This document shows, piece by piece, positions 31,081 to 42,253 of a DNA stretch of 64,000 bases. The position numbers and the translations under genes were made by a program. The DNA is from an uncultured Planctomycetota bacterium (GTDB lineage Bacteria; Planctomycetota; Planctomycetia; Isosphaerales; Isosphaeraceae), in the NCBI GenBank assembly GCA_963823665.1, contig CAWGMQ010000004.1, positions 32,001-96,000 of the forward strand, written 5' to 3'. The first letter of the stretch is position 1, and each line of letters starts with the position of its first letter. Below the pieces are notes generated by a model, which saw only the letters and a program-made list of their open reading frames with translations, did not search any database and had not been told where the DNA came from.

Positions 31081-33491
31081 ATGAGCCAGGAATTGCATTA
31101 CACGTCGGTCCCACGCGGCCTGAAGCCGGGCAGCCGCGGGTTCTGCACGGTTGCGGCCACACCGGGCTTGCCGGGCCCGCTGCTCGAGCGGCTCGAGAGT
31201 CTCAGTGCCTACCAGCCGGTCTATCCCGGTTCACGACCCTGCGGCGGCCAAGAACCCCGTGAACTTCATGCACGTCAAGCGGCGATCGGCGGGAAATCGC
31301 TCAGCGTGCTCTCGCGAGTCGGCCCGGCGGGGCTCGACTATTCAGGACGAACGAATAAATACGGCCATCACATCGTGGTCGAGCCCAATGAGCGGCCGCC
31401 CGGTGGGCCGGCCTGGCTCTTGAGCCAGCCCGGCTTCATGCAAGAAGTCTGGCACGGAGAGCCGCGCGTGCTGGCAGAAGGAACCCGCCCGCCGCCGGGA
31501 GACCGCCCGCCGGCGGTCGCCCGCGCCTGGCAGGCCGCCACCGGCGATGCCGGCTGGGCCGGCGTGCTCGCCGAGGCTTTTCTCGCCGATCCCAGGCGCA
31601 CCGCGGTCCTCGTGTTCCGCCCGGGCATGGAGCTGCTGCCGCTCTTCGTCGAGGCGATCGCGCTCTTGCCGCCGCCCAGGCGCTGGGACGTGGAGTTCAG
31701 CACGTTCTTCGCGACGCTTCCGCCGGGAGTCACCTGCTCGTGGCGCGGTGTGATCGACGGCTCGTCCGAGGCCGAGGCCGCGCTGAGGCTGCCGGGTGCG
31801 CTCGTGATCAACCTGTGCCGGCCCGGTGGCAAAGCCGAGGGACGCATGCTCGTGCACTGCGCGCACCGGCGAGCGCTCGGAGGCCGCCGGCGCGCCGACG
31901 AGGCAGCGAGCGATGATCCGGCCGGCCGCCGCCCACGGTCATCAACCACGTCGGGCGCGGCACCGCCAGCCCTTGCCTCCGTTGCCGCAAGCTACGAAAC
32001 GGCCCCACCCGTGGGACTACCCGGCGTGACCGCCCAACCGCCGTCATTGAAGAATGCGCGACGAGCACCTCTCAAGACGTCACGGGCGTGGGTGATTGTC
32101 GCGTCCGCCGCCGCAGTTGGCCTGGCAGGGATTCTCGCGTCGGCTCTGTTCCTCATGAAGCACGGCGGGGACCTGAAAGTCGCCAGCGATGAGGGTGCCA
32201 GAGCACCGACAAAACCGAACCTCAAGCCCAAGGAAGCGATCGCCGCGATTCCGAAAGCTGCCAGGCCCGGCCCGCAGCCTACGGATCAACCGCCAGAATC
32301 GGTGAGTTCACCAATCGCAAGCGCGACTGTCTCCGGCGACCCGCCCGCTACCCGTACGCCGAAAGGTGAGTCCCCAAAGAAAAGGCAAGGAACGCCGTCT
32401 GACTTCGTTCTGGTAGGACCGCCCCGAGATCCGACTCCGGGCGATGCCCCCGCCGCGATGGCCCACCCGGAAACCGGCAGCAACGTGAACAAATCGACTC
32501 CGTCAATGAAGGCGAACATGGTGCTGGAATTCATTCTCAAGGAGAAAGGAAAGGAGTCGGTCCTCGAGCTGCCGGCATCCGCTCAGGGGCCGGTTGTTGT
32601 CAAGAAACTCGATTTGACAACCTCGAAGAAACCCGCAAAGTCATCGGGCGGTTCGCTCCGCGCGACGACCGGCCCATCCGATCAGCCAGTGCTCAACATC
32701 ATGGCCACCGTGGACGGCCCGCTGGGCCCTCGCGAGCAGGCGATTGCTCATTTCAAGGCAGACGCTCGGCAAGTCACATTCAACTGGGATAAGGCCGCAA
32801 CCGACGCTCTGACAGCAGAAGCAGAAGAATTCCTTCGCATGAGCACTCTTAACATTGTCACCGAACGGAACGAAGTGCTGTACGCACTGCTCGCGCATCG
32901 ACCGCGCCCGATCTCGCCGCCGATCGAGATTCCGGGCGACGTTCTGGAGGCCGCCCGCGGCAGGAAGAAGGCGGATTTGACCCTGGATGTTCGCTTGGCC
33001 CGTCTCTCTCGATCCGCAGTTCCGGTACTTACAGAACCGGCTTGTCCTTTTGAAGATGAAAGCTTATCCCAAGGGATCCTCCAGGGAATTACCGCTCGTC
33101 GAGGGCGATTCGCCCGGACAGTGGATCTGTAAGGGGAAAGACGGTTCCGATCGTCATGACCGTGAATATCAAGGAGAGCGATAATAAACTACGGTTCGTT
33201 TTTCCGCAAAATCCTTATCTGCTGGAATCCCGTGTCGCCGAGATCAATCGCGCGCGGTCGAGCCCCTTTAAAGATGGGAACGCCCTCGACCCGAAAGATG
33301 CCGCTCGATCGGACGCGCCGCAACAGCCAAGCCGGCTCGAGGCCGACCTTCGGCTGATCCAGAGCCTGTTCGAGCGCAAGGTATCGCTTCGTGGTCGGGC
33401 TCCGGGTCGACGACAAGGACAAGGTCGTCGAGCTGGTCGGGATCGACGAGTCTGCCCAGGAGAAAACCCCGCAATGAGCCGGATGATTTGA
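31081..33491 (+). CDS. GAP1-N2-like domain protein with a TM helix and Pro-rich linker; frameshifted
   Basis: 'MSQELHYTSVPRGLKPGSRGFCTVA...LESLSAY...AGLDYSGRTNKYGHH' fits the GAP1-N2 pattern, followed by 'AIALLPP..RW.V.FST'. TM 'AWVIVASAAAVGLAGILASALFL'. The C-terminus is spread over ORFs 32987-33491. Confidence 0.75.
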
Positions 33492-33494
33492 ATC

Positions 33495-36438
33495 ATGGCC
33501 GATCATCATCAGATCGTTGAGCAGATCCGGGCGTTTCTCCAGTCGAGCGACCAGACGAGGAACGATCGCCTCGATGACCTGGCGAAGGCCTACGCGCAGG
33601 TGTGCACCGAGGCGAACGGACGGCTCGGGCGGTGCCAGCGCTTGTTGCAGCAGGGACTGCGCTCCGAGGCGATTCAACAAGCGGAAGCCGAGCCGCGGTT
33701 GCTCGATTTCGTGACGGCACTCGATTTCCCCGAGCGCGCCGACTGGGACGAGATCGTCGACATCTACGCGATGGCCGCCCCACCCAAGCTCATGGCCGAC
33801 GCACGGGCTGCACTTGCCGATGCCTACGCAGAAGCCGAACCGCTTCAGAACTTGCTGCGCAACCACCGCCGCCTGGCGACGCAGCGCGCCCCGCTGCGAA
33901 CCCGGATCGGCGTCATGCGAAAGCTCGCCGCCCAGGATCCGCGAAACCCGATCTGGGCCGAAGATCTCCGAGTATTCGAGAAAGCCCGGCTGCGGCAGAT
34001 TCAGATCGAGGCGGCCGAGGCCGTCCGGCTGCATGACGCGGACCATCTTGCCAGGTTGCTTTCGGAGGTCCAGGAACGAAACTGGATCGAGAGCCCGCCA
34101 AGGGCGGTCGTTCAGGGCTTGACGAAGGCCGCTGAGCAGCTACGTGGTGAACAGGCGGCAGCAGCGTTGGCCGATCTCGAGGCCCGCTTCTGCGAATCGC
34201 TGGCCGCTCGTGACGCAGCCCGCGGCCGAACGGCCCGCGACGAGTGGAACGCTTTGATGAAGACGTCCCCGGTCGATTTCACCGATCCGATCTTGGAGCG
34301 AGTCGGCCCCGCGCTCGACATGGCTCGAAGACGAGGACCGGCGAGCCGTCACCGCGCAAGCTTATGAAGTCGACTTGAACGCGCTCTCGAGCGCACTCGA
34401 TGGCACCGCATCCATCTCGGCCGCCGAGCTGGAGCGGCTCGAGCGCGAGCTCTTGCGGCACGGACGCGGCATTCCCGAAAAGATCCAGCGCAGGTACGAC
34501 ACGCGGTTCCGCGCGGCGTCCGCACGCGCGGACGGCGCACACGCCTGATCGTCCTCGCTGCTGCGGTGGCCCTCGGTCAGCGGCGCGCTGGTCCTGACTT
34601 TCTACCTGATCCAGAGCGGTATCCGCTCGAGGAAACGCCCAGAAGGCGGCGGCAATGGTCGCCGCGTTCCTCGAGAAACGGAAATACGAACAGGCCGAAG
34701 GCCTGCTCGCCAGTCTCGAGAAGGCCGATGCCAGCCTTGCTGGAAGACCCGTTGCTCGTCGATGCCCGCAAGCACTGCCGAGCGGCCGAGAGCAGGAGGC
34801 CGAGCGAGCCGAGAAGTTCGAGGACGCCATGGACGAGATCCGAAACGCGTCGCGCGGAGGAAGCGGAGCCGAAGGCCGTGGCCACCGCGAGAGAGCTGGC
34901 TCGCGGCGAGGCAGAGACACGCGCGCTCGAGGAGCTGATCCGCGAGCGCAAAGCCAACCGAAAGAACTGCACGCGAGAAGCGCGAGAGCGGCTACCGCCC
35001 GCGGCTCGAGACGATCGAGCGGTACAGTCAAACGGCTTGCCCAGCGGCTCGGTGCAAACCACGGTTGACTTCGACCGCTTTCAGGAAGAGCTCGACGGCT
35101 CGCGGCGCGAGCTCGACCTGCTCAAGCCCGAGATCGCCACATCGAGCGAGCGACCTGCGCGAGCAGAGCAGCGACGTGCAGAAGCGGCTCGAAGAGTGTA
35201 GAAAACCGCTTCGATCAGCTTCGAGGCCAGTCGCAGCGCAGGGACGAGATCACCGAAGCCGTCGCCTACAACGTCGCCGAGCCGGCCGGTGACCTGAGCC
35301 TCTTCGCAAGCCGCCTTCTTGCCTTCGTCAGGTCCTTTCCCGAGGAGCCGAGCGCGAAAGGCATTCGAGGCCACCCTGAGCGAACGGCCGCTCTGGGATG
35401 CGGTCGGTGCGTGGAACGACCTGGTCAAGAGCTGGAAGAAGCGAGGCGCAGAATTGAATGCGGAAGAAGCCCAGACTCGAGCCAGGGCGTGCGCCGGGTT
35501 CTTGAAAGACAACCCCGCATACCCGACCCTGCTGGCGTGGAAGATTACCGGCGCGTACATGGAATCGATCGCCCGCCGCACCACAGGTGAGGAAAACCCC
35601 CGCACGGCGCTCCAGTCGGTCTTCTCCCAGTCGCTGATCGCGAATCTGTTCATGGTTGTCGCCAACGACGGCACGAATCCGCCCAGGCGATACTACACCC
35701 GCAGTCTACCCAAGGAAAACAAAGGAAAGGTCGAGGTGAAGTACCTCGTGAGACGCGGCAAGGAAGAACGACATGACTTGGGTTGCTCCCAAGGATATCG
35801 TGTCGAAGGATCCGGCGCCGCAGTCACAGCTCGCGTCGGGTGCCAGGAAGCTCCTGTCCGACCCGTCGCTCCATGACCGCTGGGACGATGTCATGAGCGA
35901 CCTAATCAAATCGATCGTGAACGAGCCCAGGATCGATCCGATCTTGCAGGTGAATTTGCTCAAAGTGGTGATCGAATCGGCGGGGGCCGGCAGCGAGCCG
36001 GTTCGCATCGCCCTCGAGGGCGCAAAGAAGGTGCTTGACCAGGCGAAGATCAATCTCGACGTCGACTGGACCGACCCCGATAGCGACGAGCTCGCTAACC
36101 TGCGGAACCAGGCACGCCGAATGATTGCGGCGGCGCGAGAGAAGCTCCCGCACGAAAACCAGCTCAGTCGTACGCGCGATGAACTGGAACGAGCTGTCCT
36201 GCAAATTCACCGGACGGTGGGCTGGCTTGTGCGTGGCGCGGATGGCTTCGTCGTCAAGCACGGTGTGGCTCTTCCCGCCGATGGTGATTTGTGGGTCCTC
36301 GTGGCCTCGGGCCAGAAACGAGGGGAGTGGAAGAAGGTGGGCACGATCACCTCGGGCGGCAAGCAGAACATCGACGCGACGAAACAATCCGCGTTGGCTC
36401 CTGGCCGGCCGGTCTTTATGATCGTTCCATCGTTTTGA
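33495..36438 (+). CDS. Large alpha-helical single-TM hypothetical protein; many frameshifts
   Basis: Starts MADHHQIVEQIRAFLQ 3 bp after the previous gene. Coherent fragments continue through ORFs 34566, 34655, 35319 and 35773-36438. A hydrophobic segment lies at ~34540-34615. Confidence 0.7.
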
Positions 36439-36470
36439 AGCGCATTCCCGCTCGAGGAAACGACGGAACC

Positions 36471-37259
36471 ATGTCGATCGCACCCGGCCAGTGGTACGTG
36501 CGGATGCGAGGCCGCGTACTCGGCCCGTTCAGTCCGTCGCAGCTCGCATCCTTGCGCGATCGGGGGCGACTCGCGGAGGACCACGAGCTTTCGCAGGATC
36601 GCCGGAGCTGGATGAAGGCATCCGAGATGCCGGGCGTCTTTGCCCGGCCCGCGGAGTCACATTCACAGCCACAGCATTCCCGGGCCGTGGAGCTTGAGTG
36701 GCCCGTCTCCTCGTCACCGGGGGAAGTGCCGGCCCCGGCTCAGCTCTCGCCTGCCGCCGCGGTCGAAACGCAGTGGTTCGTCGCCCGCGGCAGCTCGCAT
36801 CAAGGTCCGATGACTCACGCGGACGTTCAGCGGATGATCAATTCCGGCGAGCTCGGAGGAAACTCGCTGGTCTGGAAGCACGGGATGCCGGCATGGCTGC
36901 CCGCCGCGCAGCTTCATGAATTTCGGTTCGAAGCCGTGGCGGCTGCGGGCTCACCCGCGGCCACGGCGGGCGCTTCGTTCCAGGCAGCCGGTGCCAATCC
37001 GTACGGTTATCTTCCGCCCACGAGCAGGATGGCGATCGCCAGCCTGGTGCTCGGGCTGCTGTGGCTTTGCGGCATCGGCAGTCTCCTGGCGACGATTTTC
37101 GGCGCATTGGCCCTCTCCCAGATCTCACGCGCAAACGGGGCGATCTCCGGCAAGGCACTGGCGCTCGCCGGGCTCGTTCTGGGAATCCTCGGGCTGACCT
37201 CTTCCATCGCCGTGGCGATCATCTTCAGCTTGCTCCGCATGTCGGCAACGCACAGTTAG
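36471..37259 (+). CDS. Tandem GYF_2 (DUF4339) domains + C-terminal DUF4190 membrane domain
   Basis: 'WYVRMRGRVLGPFS..QL..L...G.L' and 'WFVARGSSHQGPMT..DV..MI.SGEL....LVWKHGMPAW'. C-terminal 'TSRMAIASLVLGLL...FGALALSQI.....GKALALAGLVLG'. Confidence 0.88.
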   Translation: MSIAPGQWYVRMRGRVLGPFSPSQLASLRDRGRLAEDHELSQDRRSWMKASEMPGVFARPAESHSQPQHSRAVELEWPVSSSPGEVPAPAQLSPAAAVETQWFVARGSSHQGPMTHADVQRMINSGELGGNSLVWKHGMPAWLPAAQLHEFRFEAVAAAGSPAATAGASFQAAGANPYGYLPPTSRMAIASLVLGLLWLCGIGSLLATIFGALALSQISRANGAISGKALALAGLVLGILGLTSSIAVAIIFSLLRMSATHS

Positions 37260-37302
37260 ATCCTTCGCATCCGGCATCGCCGGCCAGATCCGCCTCGTAC
37301 AA

Positions 37303-40005
37303 TCACGGGCGCGCTGCTGGCGCCCCGGACGACGCCAGCTTCTGCCGCCACTCGAGCGCCTTCTGTGGCTCGCGTCGGCCTTCGTAGAAGGTGACAAGCC
37401 GCGTGATCGCCGCCGTGATTTCGTTTCGCTTGAAGAAGGGGATCGTCGTCTCGCCGGCTTTCAAGCCTTCGTAGCCACGGATCAAGAGCTGCTCGGCATC
37501 CGCGGGTTTGTGCTGCCCGGCCAGCGCCTCGCCGAGCTGGCTCATGGTCTGGAACAGCCTCCAGTCAGACGATTCCTTCGATTCGCGGAGTTTCAAGCAC
37601 TCCTCTAGCAACGATGCGGCCTCGTCCCAGCGGCGAGCTTCGAGGTGGATCGCCGCGAGATCGTTGAACGACTTGAGCGTATCCGGATGGCCCGACGTGA
37701 GTGTGGCTTTCCGGCGCTTGAGTACATCCTCGAGCATCGCGACGGCTTCCGGGTTCCGCCCGGCTTCGCGGAGGGCAAGCGCGAGGTTGTTCATGCTCTT
37801 GAGCGTGTCAAAATGATCGACCGGCAGCTTGGCCCGGCGCAGCTTGAGAACGCTCTCGAACTCGCGAACAGCCTCGTCGGTCCGGCCCGCAAGCTGATGT
37901 GCGGCTGCCACGTTGTTCTTTGAGATCAGCGTCTCGGCGTGGTCCGGGCCGAGCTTCGCGGTGCGGTGCTCGAGCGCTTCGACGAAGAGCGGCAGCGCGC
38001 GGTCAAGCCCGCCCAGGTCGAGATAGGCAGCGGCAAGGGTGTCCATCGCCGTCAGCGTATCGGGATGGCCTGCCGGCAATGTTGCCCGCGATCGTTCCAG
38101 CTCCTCCTCGTGAAGCGAAACCGCCTCGGCGAATCGGAACACAGCGCGATACGCGACGGCCAGGTTGTGCAGCGTGATCAGCGTGTCCGGATCGTCGCGC
38201 CCCAGCTTGGCGGTGCGGCGCTTGAGCACGTGCTCAAAGAGCGCGATTGACTCGTCGTTCCGCCCAACGGCGCGATAGGCCAATGCCAGGTTGTTTATAC
38301 CCATGAGTGTGTCAGGATCGTCGGCCCCAAGCTTGGCGCGAGCCAGACGAAGCTGTTTCTCATGAAGCGAAACCGCCTCGTCAATACGACCGGCGAGCCG
38401 GTACGCCACGCCCAGATTGTTCATCGAAGCCAGAGTTTCGGGATGGTCTTTACCCAGTTCAGAGGCGCGCAGCTCGAGCGCCCGCTCGTGTTGAGCGATG
38501 GCTAGCTTGGGTTCACTCAGGTAGAGGTAGGTCGTGCCGATCGTGTCGCGGATGGCCGCCTCAACGAGCGGCTGCGCGGCGAACTGGCCAGCCACCGCCG
38601 GCTCGGCCGCGTCGATCGCGGCGCGAACGGTGACATTGAAGCCCTTCCCACCTTTCTGACCCTCCGGCCGAGCAGCACCCAGGACAGTCTCGCTGAAAAA
38701 CTTGAGCACCGCCTTGGCCTTGGCTTCCTCGCGCCGGGCGCGCACGGCCTGCCACGTGCTGATCGCAGTCGCTGCGGCCATGACCACCACGATGGTGGCA
38801 GCCGTCAATAAAAACACACGGTGCTTCGAAGCGTATTTCCCGATCAGGTACGACGCGCTCGGAGGAGCCGCCTCGACCGGCTGCCCCGCGAGAAACCGCT
38901 GGAGATCCCGGGCCAGGTCGTTGGCCGTCTCGTACCGCCGGGTGCGCTCCTTGGAAAGTGCCTTCATCGCAATCCAGTCAAGCTCGCCGCGAACCAGCCG
39001 CGTCAGCTTCGTCGGCTCGGTATTCCGGCGTGCGGCGATCTTCGCGAGCTCAGCGTTTCTCGAAAGGCGCGCGCTCAAGCCCGGCGGTTCCTCTTCACGA
39101 ATCCGCCTGAGAACTTCGGAATATCCTGCTTGCCTCAGGCGCTCGTGCTCAAGCGGTGTTGTGCCGGTCAGTAGCTCGAAGAGGAGCACGCCCAATGCGT
39201 AGACGTCAGTCCGGGTGTCAACGTCGATCGCGCTGTTCTCGGCCTGCTCGGGGCTCATGTACTCGAGCGTGCCCACGATCGCGCCGTGCTGGGTGTAGAG
39301 CGTGCTCTCCGTGAGCCGCTGATCGATCGCTTTCGCCACGCCGAAATCGATCATCTTGGGCACAGGCGTACCGTCGTACAGCGACACCAGCACGTTCGAC
39401 GGCTTGATGTCGCGATGGATGATTCCGCGCTGATGGGCATGATGCGTGGCCTGGCAGACCGAGACGAGAAGTCCCAGGCGCTCCGCCGGCGTCAACTGGG
39501 CTTCGTCGCAATACGCCGTGATCGAAAGGCCCTTGACCAGCTCCATGACGAAGTACGGCCGGCTGGAGGCCGTCGTGCCGGCCTCGAAAACCTTGGCAAT
39601 GTTCGGATGATCCATCATCGCCAGCGCCTGGCGTTCAGCCTCGAAACGCGCCATGACCTGCCGCGAGTCCATGCCGGGCTTGATGATCTTCAAGGCAACT
39701 TTGCGGCGAATGGGCTGCGACTGCTCGGCGACGTAGACGGCCCCCATCCCCCCTTCGCCGATTTTTTCGAGCAGCTTGTACGACCCGATCACCGACCCGG
39801 GGCCTTCGAGCTGCGTGCACGCGAGCAGGGCGTTCTCCAGGAAGTTGCCCGCACTATCGAAGGACATGAACAGACTGGCGATCTCGTCGCGGATTGCCGC
39901 ATTGCCCCCGCAGGCCTCATCCAGGAAGCGGGCTCGCTCCTGGGAGGAATCGATCTCCAGCGCCTGATCGAAGATCCGCTGGACATCCGGCGCCGGATTC
40001 GACAT
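37303..40005 (-). CDS. Ser/Thr protein kinase with TM segment and kinesin-light-chain-type TPR repeats
   Basis: GEGGMGAVY, VALKII, HRDIKPSN, DFGVAK and YMSPEQ motifs, then a TM helix and repeated 'LG.DHP.TL.SMNNLA' units. Confidence 0.95.
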   Translation of the reverse strand: MSNPAPDVQRIFDQALEIDSSQERARFLDEACGGNAAIRDEIASLFMSFDSAGNFLENALLACTQLEGPGSVIGSYKLLEKIGEGGMGAVYVAEQSQPIRRKVALKIIKPGMDSRQVMARFEAERQALAMMDHPNIAKVFEAGTTASSRPYFVMELVKGLSITAYCDEAQLTPAERLGLLVSVCQATHHAHQRGIIHRDIKPSNVLVSLYDGTPVPKMIDFGVAKAIDQRLTESTLYTQHGAIVGTLEYMSPEQAENSAIDVDTRTDVYALGVLLFELLTGTTPLEHERLRQAGYSEVLRRIREEEPPGLSARLSRNAELAKIAARRNTEPTKLTRLVRGELDWIAMKALSKERTRRYETANDLARDLQRFLAGQPVEAAPPSASYLIGKYASKHRVFLLTAATIVVVMAAATAISTWQAVRARREEAKAKAVLKFFSETVLGAARPEGQKGGKGFNVTVRAAIDAAEPAVAGQFAAQPLVEAAIRDTIGTTYLYLSEPKLAIAQHERALELRASELGKDHPETLASMNNLGVAYRLAGRIDEAVSLHEKQLRLARAKLGADDPDTLMGINNLALAYRAVGRNDESIALFEHVLKRRTAKLGRDDPDTLITLHNLAVAYRAVFRFAEAVSLHEEELERSRATLPAGHPDTLTAMDTLAAAYLDLGGLDRALPLFVEALEHRTAKLGPDHAETLISKNNVAAAHQLAGRTDEAVREFESVLKLRRAKLPVDHFDTLKSMNNLALALREAGRNPEAVAMLEDVLKRRKATLTSGHPDTLKSFNDLAAIHLEARRWDEAASLLEECLKLRESKESSDWRLFQTMSQLGEALAGQHKPADAEQLLIRGYEGLKAGETTIPFFKRNEITAAITRLVTFYEGRREPQKALEWRQKLASSGAPAARP

Positions 40006-40214
40006 GGTCGGATGTCCCGTCGGACGGCTGCGCGGGTGCAGGCCGCGAATGCCCCCCCCTCGCTCGGTGAGGCTCCCCCGGGGAAACACGCGCCCCGGCG
40101 CTCCGTGCCGATGGCGCGTGAACGTGCTGATATCCTATCCTGTCCCCAGGAGGATTGCCATCGATTCCCGCAAAAAGCAAGGGCGCTGTGACCAATCCGC
40201 GTCGATTACCACCA

Positions 40215-40508
40215 TCACAGCTCGACGCCACCTGGATCCTTCGGGCCAACCATGCCGGTGTCATCAGGCGTGAGCGAAACCGATCCGGGCGGGTTGATCG
40301 TCTGGACGTGCGCGGCTGCCATCGGCCCTGCAGCGTGGTCAATCAAGAGTCCGCCGTGCGCCGGCGCCGCAACCGGAATCGAGCTGAGCGACGTTCGGAT
40401 CTCGAGCGACTCGACCACGATAGAGCGCCGTCCGCAGCGGTTGCGGCTCGACCCAGCGGAATGGCCAGGACTCGTAAACCAATTAACAAACTGTCGCAGA
40501 GTGATCAT
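40215..40508 (-). CDS. Small secreted protein with a planctomycete 'LE-R-LLS' (LEPR-XLL-like) signal
   Basis: ATG at 40508 with GGAG upstream. 'RNRCGRRSIVVESLEIRTSLS' is followed by about 55 low-complexity residues. Confidence 0.65.
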   Translation of the reverse strand: MITLRQFVNWFTSPGHSAGSSRNRCGRRSIVVESLEIRTSLSSIPVAAPAHGGLLIDHAAGPMAAAHVQTINPPGSVSLTPDDTGMVGPKDPGGVEL

Positions 40509-40967
40509 GACTGGTCTCCACACCTTTTTTGTGAAACCGGAGGAAAGTTCAGGGCGTGGGATGACCACTGGCCTGGCGCGGGTTTCCGCCGCCGGCTTGA
40601 AGTCTTCGTCACTGCGCGAAGGACGGACGCACGCGGCTCACACTGAGCCGATCATCCGACCCGCCGCCCTACCCATGACCGCTTCGGTCAATGCTCGGAG
40701 GCGTTTTCCGGAGCCTCAAGCAAAGAGGCCTCGATCGCCGTCGTTCCAGAGCTAACCTCAGGTCTTCCCGACTGCCCACGTTCCATAGAGAAAGACGGCA
40801 GCGCCAGGGCCGACATGCGCTATCAGTCGCGTTTTTTTCAGTTTCGGAGCGAGGACACTCCCTGGCAGGGCTACTGTAGGGCCAGACTGACGGCGCGCGG
40901 TCAGGAACAGTAGAATGCAGGAGGCACGGCGGCGGTTGGGATCGACGTCGTTCCTGGAGATTCGCGC

Positions 40968-41808
40968 ATGAAGCCCATCGCAGACGGCATCCTGTCGCGC
41001 ATCACTCTGCCTGATTTCTCACCAACGTTGCTCTGGATCGGATGTCCACTCGCCCTCGCCGTTCTCGCCGCGCTCTGGTCATTCCGCATCGTGGATGAAC
41101 GCTCCGATCGTTCACACCGCTTTCCGACACGACAACCGCATCACGTCGCTGATCTTCCCGCCGAGGTCGCCGGCGACTATTTCAAGGGCGGTCGCGGTGA
41201 TGCGTTGCGTCTCAGAATCCTTGCTGACGGGCGCTACTCTTGCTTCGTTTCCGGGCATTCTGGCGTGACAGGGAGGGAGAATGGCTTCGCTCAGCTAGGT
41301 GGCGGAATCGTGGTCCTGCGTCGCGAGTCGGGAGATGATCTTCTGCCGGTAGCGCTCCGGGTGGTTCCGTGGAACGACCGCGTTTACCTCGTCCCGCTCG
41401 ACGAGATGACCGCTTTCTGTGATGCGATCGTCGCCGGCGAGGAACCCAGAACCCAAAACGCGGGCGCGTTTCTGCTCAAAGACAAACCGGGGCCGGTGCG
41501 CAGACCTCGCAGCCTTACCGCAGTTACCCGATGAGTGGGCGAAGGAACTCAATCGCACGTGCATTCTCGGGCGAGTTGTCTCCGTGGCGGGCCCGAATCG
41601 GGTTGTCATCGATCTGGGCGGTCGCGATGGTGTCAAGGTCCGGCACGTCGTCGTGCTCCGATCCGACGAAGGAGGCATGCCTGGGTTGGGTTTCGTGGTT
41701 TCGACCGATGAATCGACGAGCACACTCGATACGTCTTCGGATGTCCTCTCTCGACGAGCGAAAGCCTACGCCGGGCAGGTCGCCATCGTGTGGAAAGAAG
41801 CGAAGTAA
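40968..41808 (+). CDS. Membrane-anchored hypothetical protein (frameshift near 41495)
   Basis: N-terminal TM helix. ORF 40968-41534 continues in ORF 41419-41808 ('LPQLPDEWAK...VVIDLGGRDGVK'). Confidence 0.65.
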
Positions 41809-42253
41809 CGGACGTTGAGGCCGGTCCCTTTCATGTTCGGACCCATTCTGGCAATCGCCAGAATCCGCGACCATGCGCGATCCCCGTGGAAGCCACCCTC
41901 GTATTCAATATAGACCAGCCCCGCGCAAGCCGGGTGGTCGGATCGCGTCGTGAGTCGGGATATCGACCGCCGCATGGGCTACCAAGACCGTCACGCAATC
42001 CTCATACTGAATAGTGCAGGTAGCTTGAGGGTCGGATCGGGGGGGGGTACGATGAGGCGCTCGGTACGTTGGCCGGCCTGCGTCTGCTTCCGTCTTCGTG
42101 ACGGCCACCGCGATCATACGCGCCACTCGATGTCACTCGGTGGGCCCAAGGCGGGCGAGGGAGGGCGGGCGTGGAGCACGTCAGAGCGAGCTCCTTTGAT
42201 GTTTCGAAGCGGGCAAGGCGGGGCCGGCCCGCGGCGAAGTTGAAGGGTGGGTC

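Noticed and set aside
41810..42250. Short ORFs or an ncRNA upstream of locus B
   Set aside because: No recognisable motif or structure. It is probably the promoter region, but no element could be supported.
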